Shown here piece by piece: positions 27,698 through 39,879 of a DNA stretch of 64,000 bases. The notes below the pieces were generated by a model, which saw only the letters and a list, made by a program, of their open reading frames with translations, was not told the origin of the DNA and did not search any database. Position 1 is the stretch's first letter. Each line of letters begins with the position of its first letter. Origin of the DNA: Octopus bimaculoides (taxonomy: Eukaryota); NCBI RefSeq assembly GCF_001194135.2, contig NC_068985.1:55212449-55276448 (forward strand), given 5' to 3'. The position numbers and the translations under genes were made by a program.

Positions 27698-28657
27698 TGA
27701 AGTCTGATCAATAAGTATCCGGACTGTTGCCATAGTAACGAAGCTAAAGCACACCGAGTGAAGCTGTTTGGTACTGACTGACCTTGAACTCTGCTGTGCA
27801 TGTGCACTAAGTTTTAACGTTTTAGTTCACTTCTACTGTCTACAGAATAGCTTAGAAGGAAGGTGTGTAGTGTTTGATCGTTGCATTGACCATGACAGAG
27901 AAAGTTGTCATGGTGATACCTGCTCAGAGGCCTATGCAAAGTTGCAGAAAGTGTATGGAGAGGAGTTATGAGCTGCACACAAGNNNNNNNNNNACCTGCT
28001 CAGAGGCCTATGCAAAGTTGCAGAAAGTGTATGGAGAGGAGTTATGAGCTGCACACAAGTGTATGAGTGGTTCAGACGTTTCCAAGATAGCCGAAAAAAT
28101 GTTGATATTGACGAACATTCAGGGAGACCTGCAACCAGCAGAACTGAGAAAAACATCACAGATGTGCATGCAGCTGTGAGGGGAGATTGTCGAATCACCA
28201 TCTGTGAGTTATCAGAATGTGTAGATTAGTTCAGCTCACTCCATTATCACTGAAGATTTGGATATGAGGCAAATGTCTGTCAAGTTTATGCTAAAACTGC
28301 TTTCAGCTGACCAAAAAGACACTCGGGTTTCAGTTGCACAAGACCTCCTTGATTGTGTCAAGAACGATGAAAATTTTTTGAAAACTTTGTGTAGGTCTCT
28401 GAACAGGTTTCACCAAGCTTTGGCAAAACTTGATGCAGATTCTCTGCTCAACTTTTTCTGTTATGGTCAATGTGACAATCACACACTACAACCTTCATTC
28501 CAAGCACTGCTGTAAACAGCGGAAGTGAGCTAGAACATTAAAATTTAGTGCGCATGCACAGCAGAGTTTAAGGTCAGTCTGTGCCAAGTGGCTTCACTCT
28601 GTGTGCTTTAGCTTTGTTACTATGGCAACAGTCCAGATACTTATTGATCAGACCTTG
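27698..28657 (+). mobile_element. Internally deleted mariner element with long (about 140 bp) TIRs, in a GABPA intron
   Basis: TA-flanked inverted termini (gtctgatcaataagtatc / gatacttattgatcagac). Remnant SCTQVYEWFRRFQDSRKNVDIDEHSGRPATS. Confidence 0.88.
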
Positions 28658-28766
28658 TATACAAAATGACAAAAAAAGACAGTTGTGGTTCACAATAAAC
28701 AAAGAATACCCAGTTACCATTTAGTATTAAAATTCGTGTGTAAAAAATGAAAATGAATGTACTTAC

Positions 28767-28979
28767 CAACAAATTTACATTTCCTTAGAAGCTCCAAATG
28801 TGTCCAAAATATATCGTTTCTATCAAATGGTATGTATTTAATAAATTCTTCGTGCTGTAAATCACACAACTGTTTGCCATTTAGTCGAAACTGGTTGATG
28901 TCTACTCCTTCTAAATGAAATTCTCTGCACGCCCACTGTATCCAATGACGGACATGAACTTCTGACCACTGAGCAGGAT
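28767..28979 (-). CDS. GABPA: GABPA coding exon 5 (PNT/SAM domain)
   Basis: tttgtag|AT CCT...GTT G|gtaagt. DPAQWSEVHVRHWIQWACREFHLEGVDINQFRLNGKQLC...IFWTHLELLRKCKFV. Confidence 0.95.
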
Positions 28980-29469
28980 CTACAAATAACAGAAGGGTAC
29001 ATATAGTACCACTAGACACAATACAATACTAACAATAGGAAGTAACAGAATGGAATCCCAGTGATACTATACGCATATTAATTCATAAGCCATACCATAC
29101 ACACACACTGGATTGGTAATGTAGTAGTTAATGATTAAACAACTCCCAATAATTTTTCACTTTTGAATTATACAGAAATACGTTAGAACAATGATTGCTT
29201 TTGATCTGATTTATATTGTACAAGATCAATTTCTTGCAAAAGGATATAGTTAACTGATCTGATATCAACATATTAGTGATAGCTATTTTATTGATTCTAC
29301 ATTTTAGGCACATAAGTGGCTGTGTGGTTAAGAAGTTTGTTTCCTAACCATGTGCTCTTGGGTTCAGTCCTACTGTGTGACACCTTGGACAAGAGTTTTC
29401 TACTATAGCCCTAGCCGAACGAAAGCTTTATAAGCAGATTTGGTATACAAAAACAGGAAAGCATCTTGT

Positions 29470-29506
<37 letters not shown>

Positions 29507-29521
29507 CTTATCTTTTACTTG

Positions 29522-29578
<57 letters not shown>

Positions 29579-30073
29579 TATAGATATATATACTGGTTTC
29601 AGTTTTTGGACTACAGCCAAAAATATACCATCTCCTTTGATATTGTCCTTCTCAGGCACATTCAACAGTAATCATCAACACATTATATAGTGACTGGTGC
29701 AGCACAGGTGCCCACAGCAGTCTTGGTTCTTTAATATTGCAATGAACAGTGTCATCCATTTTCCTCTAGATGGTTATAATCTTTACAACTTTCTCTTTAA
29801 ATCTTTTGAGACTGCCCCTTGTTCTAGGATACAGACTTCCTGTTTTAAAAGTTAAAATCTTCCATCAAAATATCATGTTAATTTATGTTCTAAATACTAG
29901 CTTAATAACGACAAAATCATTTTACTAAATTCTTCATTATTTTCAAACTTAATTGAAAGACAGGTAGTAATTTTCAACACAACTATGGTAACAAAAGAAC
30001 TAAACTTCTTCATTGAACTTGGCTCTCCTTTTGCTAAGCAAGATCACATCACCAGAAAGTAACAAAGACTTAC

Positions 30074-30283
30074 CACGGGGTATCTTAAGTCTTTCTTGTT
30101 CTTTCCTGAAATTTTGATCAACAATCCATCTTGTAACATTTTCAGATTCTTCTGGCAATGGAATAACCACTTTTGTGGCCTGTGGTTGCTGAACTATCTG
30201 AGTCGGTTCTGGCAAACTGGGAGGTGGAAGTACTTCTTCAGCAGGTTTTAAGATATCCAAAATATTGATTTTGGGTTTTGTAC
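30074..30283 (-). CDS. GABPA: GABPA coding exon 4
   Basis: ttttcag|GT ACA...CGT G|gtaagt. TKPKINILDILKPAEEV...SENVTRWIVDQNFRKEQERLKIPR. Confidence 0.92.
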
Positions 30284-30607
30284 CTGAAAACAGAATTTAA
30301 AAGATAAACCATCCTTGCCATCATTAACAATTTTTGGATGTTGTCATTTATCTGAAAGTAAATATTAAAATATCTCCAACATTATGACCAATAACTTACA
30401 GAGCTGGCTAAAATGTCCTTTCTATCCCCAACCAAAAACCAAAGCCTGTTATTTAGAAAACATGGCCTCCAAATAGTGATAGCCAGAAAAATATAACTGG
30501 AAGCAATGATATTCCCAAAGCATTAATGTGGAGATATTGGAGATGGAGATATGCAATTAATTACTGAAACAGTTGTTAAAAAAAAAAGGATTTTCTTTTT
30601 TTTTTAC

Positions 30608-30692
30608 CTGGTTGTGATTTCACCTCAAGGTTAATTTGAACCATTCCTTCTCCTTGAACACATTGCTCCACTAAACTTTTGCTGCTGTCCAA
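30608..30692 (-). CDS. GABPA: GABPA coding exon 3
   Basis: attacag|TTG...CCA G|gtaaaa. LDSSKSLVEQCVQGEGMVQINLEVKSQP. Confidence 0.9.
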
Positions 30693-31224
30693 CTGTAATC
30701 AAGTGTATTAAAGAAAATGTTGTTATTAATGATAATGTAGTGGTGGTATGGACTCTCCAACAGCTACCTACCTCACTCCCTAACATTTCACCCCCACTAT
30801 TTCTTTCTTTCTCTCTATCTCCAGTTCCTTCAGGATCACTCCTACTCTCTCTTCTATAAATGTGAGTAGTTATGTAGCTTCTCTGCAACAAGAAACATGT
30901 TCTCTTCTAGCCCTTTCTCTCATACTTTAACTCTCCTCCTAGCTTAAAGCTGCCTCCTTCTCTATTGTATTCCCACTCAGTTGAAGGCATCTCAGACTTG
31001 CAAGTTGTATGACATCCTCACTAGTGCTGGTGCCATGAAAAAAAACACTCACTTCATGCTATAAAGTGGTTAGTACTAAGAAGGGCACCTAGCTGTAGAA
31101 ACCATACCCAAAGCAAACACTGAAGCTTGATGCAGTCTTTGGACCCATCAGATCCTGTCAAACCATCCAGCATGGAACCTGGATGTTAAATAATGATGAC
31201 AAATAACAATAGAAAAACTATTAC

Positions 31225-31850
31225 CATGTTGAGAGCTCTGGCGATATGCTGTGCAGGAGAAGATTAATCAGGTCAAGTGAAATCATATTTGTGGCTGTGC
31301 TGGTGCCATGTAAATGGTACCCATGCATTGTAGTTGTGGTTGTTGCTAGTGCCATGTAAATGACATCCATGAAGCATAGGCGTGGTCACTGCCAGTGTCA
31401 TGTAAATGACACCTGTGCATCATAGTTGTGATCGTTGATGGTGCCATGTAAATGACACTGTGAAACATTGTGGTTGATGCTGGTGCCATGTGACTGACAC
31501 CAGTGCACTGTAGTCATGTAAATTGGAACCTGGAAATTGTGGCTGTTGGCGGTGCCATGTTAATGGTAACCATGAGTCATAGTCGTTGCCAGTGCCATAC
31601 AAATGGCACCCATGAGTTGTAGTCATGGTCACTGCTGGTGCCATACAAATGGCACCTGTGCATAATAGTCATAGTTGTTGCCAGTGCCATGTAAATGGCA
31701 CCCATTACACTTCTGGAGTGGTTGGCATTAGGAAAGACATCCAGCTGTAGAAACCATGCCAAATCAGAATGGAACCTGGTGTAGCTCTGGCTCATCAGCT
31801 CCAGTCAAACCATTTAACCCATGCCAGTATGGAGAGTGGACATTAAATAT
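31225..31850 (+). mobile_element. RTE 3'-end fragment with an expanded palindromic minisatellite (related 3' ends at 3690-3960, 6525-6790, 7085-7385, 14200-14600, 56213-56395, 58485-58770)
   Basis: Begins with an ORF2-end remnant (ggcgatatgctgtg...caagtga), then about 10 units of roughly 46 bp, then the family tail ending g(g)acattaaa. Confidence 0.7.
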
Positions 31851-32119
31851 ATAGATATATATAAGAAAGAGGCACACTCTAAAACATTAGAGCAGAAATA
31901 TATTTATTCTAGGAAGTTGATTGTTAGGGCTGGTCAGAGAGTGACCATTGATTTCATACCTATAAAGCGCTTAGCCGTACAGGAAACTCATCAGTGGTAG
32001 AAATGACCAGAGGCGTGTTGCTTTCAGCCATTTGAGTCTGATGAGTTGCCCCATATATATACGTTTATATATTTATTGGCTAAACTGGCAGCATGACCAT
32101 CCCCAAATACAACGAGAGG

Positions 32120-32169
<50 letters not shown>

Positions 32170-32208
32170 AAGAGAGAGAGAGTACACACATGTAAAATGC
32201 TTACATAC

Positions 32209-32380
32209 CAAAATTGTGTCTTGGAGGTAAAAACTATGTTCTGCAAGAGAACACTGCAAGCGGATTTCAAGAAGTCGTTTAAGTGTAGAAAGAGGTTCGG
32301 CAATGTCCATATGTTGAATTACTAAATTCTGGTACTGGGGAGGTGGATGTTCATGGATGATTTCTTCTTCAAGAACAACT
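32209..32380 (-). CDS. GABPA: GABPA coding exon 2 (OST/ubiquitin-like domain start)
   Basis: ttacag|A GTT...ATT TTG|gtatgt. VVLEEEIIHEHPPPQYQNLVIQHMDIAEPLSTLKRLLEIRLQCSLAEHSFYLQDTIL, resembling vertebrate DINEPIGNLKKLLEPRLQCSL. Confidence 0.92.
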
Positions 32381-34079
32381 CTGTAAGGTAAAATAAAAAA
32401 ATGAAAATAAACAATTAATATTACTAATGAGCGAAGGAAAAAAAAAACTTTAACTAATTAAACATAAAGAGGAATTTTTCAGCTGTTACTAATTAATTCC
32501 ACCTAATTAAAATCGCTGATATAAAGACTTGTTTTGATAATTTTCTAGATCTGTAACAGACAATTATTAAGAGTGAAATTTATTATTTATTTATTTTGTT
32601 GTAAGAAGTTTTATTACCCATCCCCCCACGACCTCCACCGATATTGGTATAGATAAATAGTATTGCTATAGTAAGATTTTAAAAAAAGAAAAGAAAAAGA
32701 TTACTGTAAAGGTAGGAAAGTGGACAAGAGAAGTAGAGACATCTCTTTAAACAAATGAATCAATAGACAAGTTTGTAGGAATCTTTATTCCAAAAGAAAG
32801 CAGGAACCAAGACACCTTTAACATTACAAATACATACTCTTTTACTTGTTTCAGCTATTTGACTGTGGCCATGCTGGAGCACCGCCTTTAGTCGAGCAAA
32901 TCAACCTCAGGACTTATTCTTTGTAAGCCTAGTACTTATTCTATCGGTCTCTTTTGCCGAACCGCTAAGTTACGGGGACGTAAACACACCAGCATCGGTT
33001 GTCAAGCAATGTTGGGGGGACAAACACAGACACACAAGCACACATGATTGCAAATGTAAACACAATAATCTAAAAATGATGCAGCTAAAGTATCTCAACC
33101 TATCAGATGACAACAGCAATAACGAGCTTATTGTATACAGTCCTCAGGTACATTACAACTTGTTGGTAAAAGAGAGGATGGAAAGCTGATAAGTAAGTCA
33201 AGTAAAGAATGACAGCAATGAATGCTAGAAGTACATGCAAAATACACAGAATAAAACACAAAAAGATGGAGAAGAGTGAAAGAGTTACAAAGAGGAAAGG
33301 GTACATAGGTACACCAGAAGTAGTGTTGGTGAATTTCGGGAAGCATGGAATTTTTGAAGGATGCAGTGCTCTGATAGCTAACAATGGACACGACTAATAT
33401 ATTACATGCTTTGATGATTCTAAGTGTGAAAAATGTTTCTGAAAGACAGGGAAAAACTATTGCATTTCTGTTCAATACTGATATGAAATCATTAAATGCT
33501 AAAAACAATTGAAATAATATATTGCAATACAAGAGGGAGTCAGAAAGTATTGCAAATAAAAACTGCATTAATTTCTGACTAAGCCTTGTATATTAAAAAC
33601 AATATATAGAAACATAAATAATAAGTCATCTCAACAATAGCTGTTTTATTGTTATAGGCACAGGTGTAGCTATGTGGTAAGAAGTTTACTGCCCAACCAA
33701 ATGGTCTCAGGTTCAGTCCCACTGCATGGCACCTTGAGGGAGTGTCTTTTCCTATAGTTCTAGGCCAACCAAAGCTTTATGAGTGAATTTGATAGATGGA
33801 AATAGAAAGAAGCCTGTCATGTGTGTGTGTGTCCACCACCACTGCAAGACAACTATGTCTCATTTTTACATACTGCAATGCTTCAAGCAAATCACAAAAC
33901 TTTTGCAGTAGAAAGGTTTTGTAAAGTTTAAAAAAACATAAGTCACAGCCTGCAAATATTGAGACATTATACTACATTAGTGATTTGAACATTGAATGTA
34001 ATGGAGAGAAGTACTTGGTTTAAGTTCAATTAAAATGTCATAATTCTATGAATGAAAATATACAGAAAGACAACATTAC

Positions 34080-34192
34080 TCATCACTGATAGCAGCAATT
34101 GCAGCAACTTCATCAGGGTTGAGTGGAGATTTTGATTTCTCCTCATCTTCTATTTGATTTGCTTCCATAATTGCAGAAATAGCACGTTTCAT
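34080..34192 (-). CDS. GABPA: GABPA coding exon 1 (ATG at 34192; exon acceptor at 34194)
   Basis: tttgcag|GT ATG AAA...GAT GA|gtaatg. MKRAISAIMEANQIEDEEKSKSPLNPDEVAAIAAISD; phase 2 fits the next exon. Confidence 0.75.
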
Positions 34193-35394
34193 ACCTGCAA
34201 ATATTGAAATAACAAATAATTATTTACAAAAAAGATGACCATCAGATAATGACAATATAATTTTGATTGAAAATATTTCCTCTAATGAGAGCAAAATCAA
34301 TTTATAACATAGTGTTTATTTGGGGAGGGTCATAACAAACATACAAGTTGTTTGTTTATATTTTACTTCCTTATGCTTTGGAAAAAGAACTAAGTGAAAT
34401 ATAAACAACAACTGGTGAGTGTGTTTACAGGCTTTATTAATTACGACTCTTCCCAAATATAGCAATATTAGTTTCAACACACAATTTCAGATCAAAATTC
34501 TTACAAAACAAATAAAAAATTAATTTATGAAGATATTTCCATTCAGTTCAAAGCAGACAGTTTTCTTTGTATTTCTTATTCAATCAACTATAGAACATTA
34601 ATTCCTTCACCATTTTCACTTTTTGGTATGCTAGTTTACACTGTACAGAATTCAAAAGAGAACTTGTGCTAAATCAGTCCTGTACCCAAACTATCAGAAA
34701 GTTTTAAAATAACATTGGAGTAAACATGTTCTATGCAAATGATACCAGAAAGTGTTTGAGGAAAAGTAATGGATATTGGAGAATACTAAACCATTTACTA
34801 ATAGAAATACTGGATACAGGAGAAGATTAAACCATTTAGTAATCCTGAGGTTAAATCTTAGCAAAATTAACACTATTTGAATTTTAAATCAATTTGAATT
34901 AAATAAAATAAGTAGCAATACTTTAACAGGAAAAGTCATCAACAGTCGAACCTTTTAATGCTTTGAACTCACAAGTATGCTTTAGCAAGTACAATTTGAA
35001 GATAGAAAAACAGGCAGCCATATGATTTTGTATTTACAACTGAAAATAATGATGTTTATGCCAATTAGCACACAAAAGTATGAGGCTGCCAACTTTTGTA
35101 TCTTCTAGGAGCATAGTGAAACAAAATTGCACCTGCTAAAGCATACTTGTGGGTTCAATGCGTTTAAAATGTTTTCAATTATGGGTATGACTCAAATATT
35201 AACATAGCTACCTGTGTATGACATTTAATGAGTTTAATCTGCCTTTTACTTGTTTTGGTTATTAGAGTGAAGCCATGCAGTATGACTGCAGTATGATTTT
35301 TTCTAAGCCTATTGATCTCTTTTTGCTGAACTGCTATGTTTACAGGGACATTAACAAACAACTGTCAAGAAGTGGTCAGGAACAAACACAAAGA

Positions 35395-35427
<33 letters not shown>

Positions 35428-35583
35428 GTATATACATACATATNNNNNNNNNNNNNNNNNNNNNNNNNNNNNNNNNNNNNNNNNNNNNNNNNNNNNNNNN
35501 NNNNNNNNNNNNNNNNNNNNNNNNNNNNNNNNNNNNNNNNNNNTATATATATATATATATATATATATGTAAGAGAAGAAAGT

Positions 35584-35834
35584 GAGAAAATATAAAGCTT
35601 CTGACAATGCAGAAAGTTTTACAAACTCTTTATATTTCAGGTGCAAAGGCCGATCATCAAAAGAAAAACAGCCAGGGAAATGTCCAGTTATGCAGGTTCC
35701 GTTAACCCATTCTGTTAACCTGCATGACTGGACATTTCCCTGACCGTTTTTCTTCTGCTGAAGATAGGTCTTTGCATCTGAAATATAAAGGTTTTGTAAA
35801 ACTTTCTGCATTGTCAGAAGCTTTCTATTTTCTC
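35584..35834. mobile_element. Foldback MITE in GABPA intron 1
   Basis: Inverted arms of about 115 bp (35584-35698 and 35717-35834) around an 18-nt spacer. Confidence 0.7.
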
Positions 35835-37062
35835 TTTTTTCCCTTCTTTGATATTACAATGCTTCAAGTAATCTACAACACTTATATATATGACAGGATA
35901 TTTTCAGTTGACCAAATTCACTCACAAGGCTTTGCCCTGTTGGAGCTATAGTAGAAGATACCTGCCAATGGTGCCATGCTGTAGGAAGTAAACTTCTTAT
36001 CATGCAGCCACACCTACACCTGAAAAAGTATTCACAATGTCTCTGGGTGGACGTTTATGTAAGAAATTTAGAGACGTTAGTATTATTCAGTACACAACCT
36101 AACTTGCCTCATATCACAGATAAATATATAAAAGACTATCAAGTTACACCAACATATACCTACTAATGAGATCAACTTATCAGTTAATTAGACACGTATA
36201 TGGTATAAACACACACATACATGAAGATCATACACACACAGACAACTACATAGACATGACTGGTCAAGAAGTTTGCTTCCAAACTACTTGGTTTCAAGTT
36301 CAATTCCGCTAATGTAAAATTTATTACGTTATCTTATTAAAAAAGGAGGTACCAAAAATTTCATGGCTAATTTTTTTTTTTTTTTTTGATGGTGTGAGAA
36401 ATCTGATTTTTATTAGTAGGTGAATAACTTTTATAATCCCATGGTTACAAAGAGTTTAAGCAAATTGGATAGACTAAACTCCAAATATAACACATGCTTG
36501 GCAGCTAGTTCAATTAATAAATTACTGGTGCATTAAAAATGTTTTATTCAGTGCAACATACACTGCTTGCATGGGTCAAATGAGAATTTCTACAGCAGGA
36601 TGCTCTTCTTGTCACCAAACCTCACCTGTTTCCAAGCAAGATAATATTTTCTCTTAGTCAGGATATGTTTTCATGAAGATTACAAACAAATGTCAGCACT
36701 TGTATGACAGTGACACTTGTCTCACACACACACAACAGGTTCACTCACATTGTTTTGGTTGGTCTGGGGCTATAGTAGAAAGCATTTAACCAAGAGGTAG
36801 TGCAATGGGACTGTGCCTGACACCATGTGGTTGCAAAGTGAACTTAATCATACAGCCATGCCTGCACTTATGGAATATATCCATAAATTTTAGCCAACAC
36901 TACATTTAGTATTTATTAATAGTAGATTTACAAGTTACAGGCAGTTAAAGAAGATCTTCCAAAAAGGAGCAAAGGGGTTGGGGGTCATATAAATCTCCTT
37001 TAACAACAAAAGAGACATTCACTAGATACATCAAGAAACTGTTATCAGTTTCTTGATGTAAA

Positions 37063-37262
37063 AGGCGGCAAGCTGGCAGAAACGTTGGCACGCTGGGCAA
37101 AATGCTATGTTCTGAGTTCAAATTCTGCCGAGGTTGACTTTGCCTTTCATCCTTTCGGGGTCAATAAATTAAGTACCAGTTATGCACTAGGGTCAATGTA
37201 ATCAACTTAATCCCTTTGTCTGTCCCCTCTATGGTTAGACCCTTGTGGGCAATAAAGAAATA
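37063..37262 (+). mobile_element. SINE with Nin/Deu-like central domain (related copies near 2800-3110, 3120-3335, 26555-26765 -, 39450-39575 -, 62955-63200)
   Basis: tRNA-like head followed by GCCTTTCATCCTTTCGGGGTC.ATAAATTAAGTACCAG, which resembles the Nin/Deu SINE domain as I recall it. Confidence 0.7.
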
Positions 37263-38700
37263 AGAAACTGCTATCAAACTCTCCTACAAAAAAAAAAAAA
37301 AATATGAACATTACATAGCTAGGAACATTAAGCTTGATACAAATACTAGCCCTCACCATAACTGAAGATTTCTCCTCACAAACATCCACAACATTATTTA
37401 AACTTAGGACACTGTCTAAATAAAAGATGTGTTGATTACAGCTGGAACAACTTTGATCATAGGTCTGTTGGATCAGTGCTGAACAACAGTTGTTCTGACA
37501 GGAAGTAAACATGCATCCTAGTCATGTTTGTATGAAAAAATAAATTCAAAATAGTCTCAGAAAGAAAGAAATAGAAACTCACATTAAAGAAATTGAAACA
37601 ATATTGTAATTAAGTTACTTAATAAGAGCTGAATTAGTAGCCCAGAAATGAAAATATTACTACTGAATTAGTAGTCCAGAAATAAAAATACAGTCTCCTT
37701 CTAGGTGACAGAAATAATTAAAAGACTGTAATGCTGTTTTAATAAACTATAAAACTAAATGCTGTAACTGTGTTTATTAAAAGTACTTGCCAACTTGCTT
37801 CAGCATGTATTGCAATTAATTGAAGTAGCAACAATAGGATATAGGAGAGAATATTACAGAGCACATGGGAGAAGAGCTGAATAACTTGAAATTAGAATCA
37901 ATAAAGGATTTGAGATTTATATGAGGTTCTTTGTTGGTGTTATTAAAGAGAAATTAATCCAGTAGTGACTACTGAGAGTAATCTCTTATCCCATGTGTAG
38001 GAAACAAGTTTAAACATATATCATTGTAGCTCACAATTTTTCATTCTTTTTAAAATTCTAATACACAAAACTATCCATTCTTTATGTAATATAAAAATCC
38101 TTGACAATAGAAGATAATTAACTCAATTAAATGCTAATAGAGAGGAAAATTTAAAAACACAATCTCTAAAGCAACTACTATGATGTTATATTTACCTCTA
38201 AATATATATATATAAACTAAATTTCCATACCAACAAGGGAGACATTTTACAATCATTTGACCTGCTAGAAATAGCAGCCAGAACGTTCAGAAAATACACC
38301 CAACTTCAACAGCTTAAAAAAGAAGGAAGCTGAAGAAGTTTGTGTATTTTCCAAAGTAAAAAAGATTCAAATTGAAATTCCATCTAATAAATTAGGCAAC
38401 TTGGTTCATGAACAATACCAGTCATTTCTTACTTTCATAATTAGTTCTAACAGAGGCACATGGTCACAAATTTAGAGCTAAGTGTTAGTCAGTAAGACTC
38501 AAATATAGGAAAAACTGAAACTCTAAAAAATATGATCACTAAAGAAAACCAAACAACAGAAGCTATTCATTTAAATGCTAGCCTAGACAGATCTACAGGA
38601 TCATAAAATACTGATTATATATATAGATACACACATATATATACATATATATAAATATATATATGTGGATGAATTTGCAAAGTTAGTTAGTGATGAACAT

Positions 38701-38880
38701 GTGTACAATGCTGATGACACTGCCTTGTTTTTGGAGATGTACGCTAAAAAGAACTCTGACAACTAAGAATGCAGATTCATCATCCAGGTTTAAAGCTTTG
38801 AAGGATCACATCCTGGTAATGTGCTGCTCTAATGCTGTGGGTACCCAAGTTGCTTGTTATCAGGAAAAGTTTACATCTGA
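38701..38880 (+). mobile_element. pogo/Tigger DDE transposase fragment
   Basis: VYNADDTALF, a frameshift in a T run, then WRCTLKRTL...FKALKDHILVMCCSNAVG; matches the NADETGLFW...KDRVTVL.C.NA.G motif. Confidence 0.75.
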
Positions 38881-39833
38881 GGGCCTTCAAGGGAATGACA
38901 AAATTTCCTATCCATTACCATGATCTCAGGTTTAGACCCATTGCATGGGAACTTGGACAAGTATCTTCCACCTTCTACTACAGCCATAGGCTGAGCAAAG
39001 TATTGCGAGTGGATTTGCTAGACAGAAACTGAAAGCCTCGCGCACGCACACATGTGTGGACCCTTATCTTTGCATCATGTGATGGCTGGAAATGAGCATC
39101 ACCATTGTACAAACAATGTCCTTTTCTAGTCTTCTGTGAAAAACATGTCTAGCAACAGGAAATATTACATTACTTGGAAACAAATGAGGGTTGATGACAA
39201 GGGCATCCAGTCATAGAAAATTTGCCTCAATAAACTCCACCTAACCTATGCAAGCATGAAAAAGTGGATGTTAAATGATGATAATAATATATATATATAT
39301 ACACAGATAAAATCTAAAAGGAAAGTGGGAAGGCAGTTCCTACAACCCTTTACAGGGCTTCCAAGACTGCAGGAAGACCTCCTGAAACTAGGGACCTAGT
39401 CCAAATGCTTGCAATATAACACTTAAGGTGCCAAGAGGTGGTGTTAAACTTGATGATAAAATAAATCTACCACCCAAATAGGCTATGGCAGGATTTGAAC
39501 TCAGAACTCAAAAGCCAGAGGAAATACCACAATGCATCCAATTCAACATTCTTATAGTTTCACCAATCCACCACTCTGAATTGGTACTTTTTCTGAATTG
39601 GTACTGTGCTCTGAATTCAGAGCACAGCAAATAAGAATACTTTCTTTATTTCATTCATTCATTCATTCATTCATTCATTCATTCAATGTATGTATGCATG
39701 CATGCATGTCATTATTCAGTTTATTTCAAAATTTCTTACCAATAGAGGAAAAACTGGCTTCTAACCTAGATGCAAGGCTCCTTCATTGGAATTTCAACGT
39801 CAACAACAAGGTATGTATGTATGTATGTATGTA

Positions 39834-39879
<46 letters not shown>

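Noticed and set aside
27918-28045. Tandem duplication inside the mariner element
   Set aside because: The two copies flank a 10-N gap; assembly artefact.
31290-31705. CRISPR-like appearance (palindromic repeats with variable spacers)
   Set aside because: The spacers are diverged copies of each other, the array sits inside an RTE 3' end in a eukaryotic intron, and there are no cas genes.
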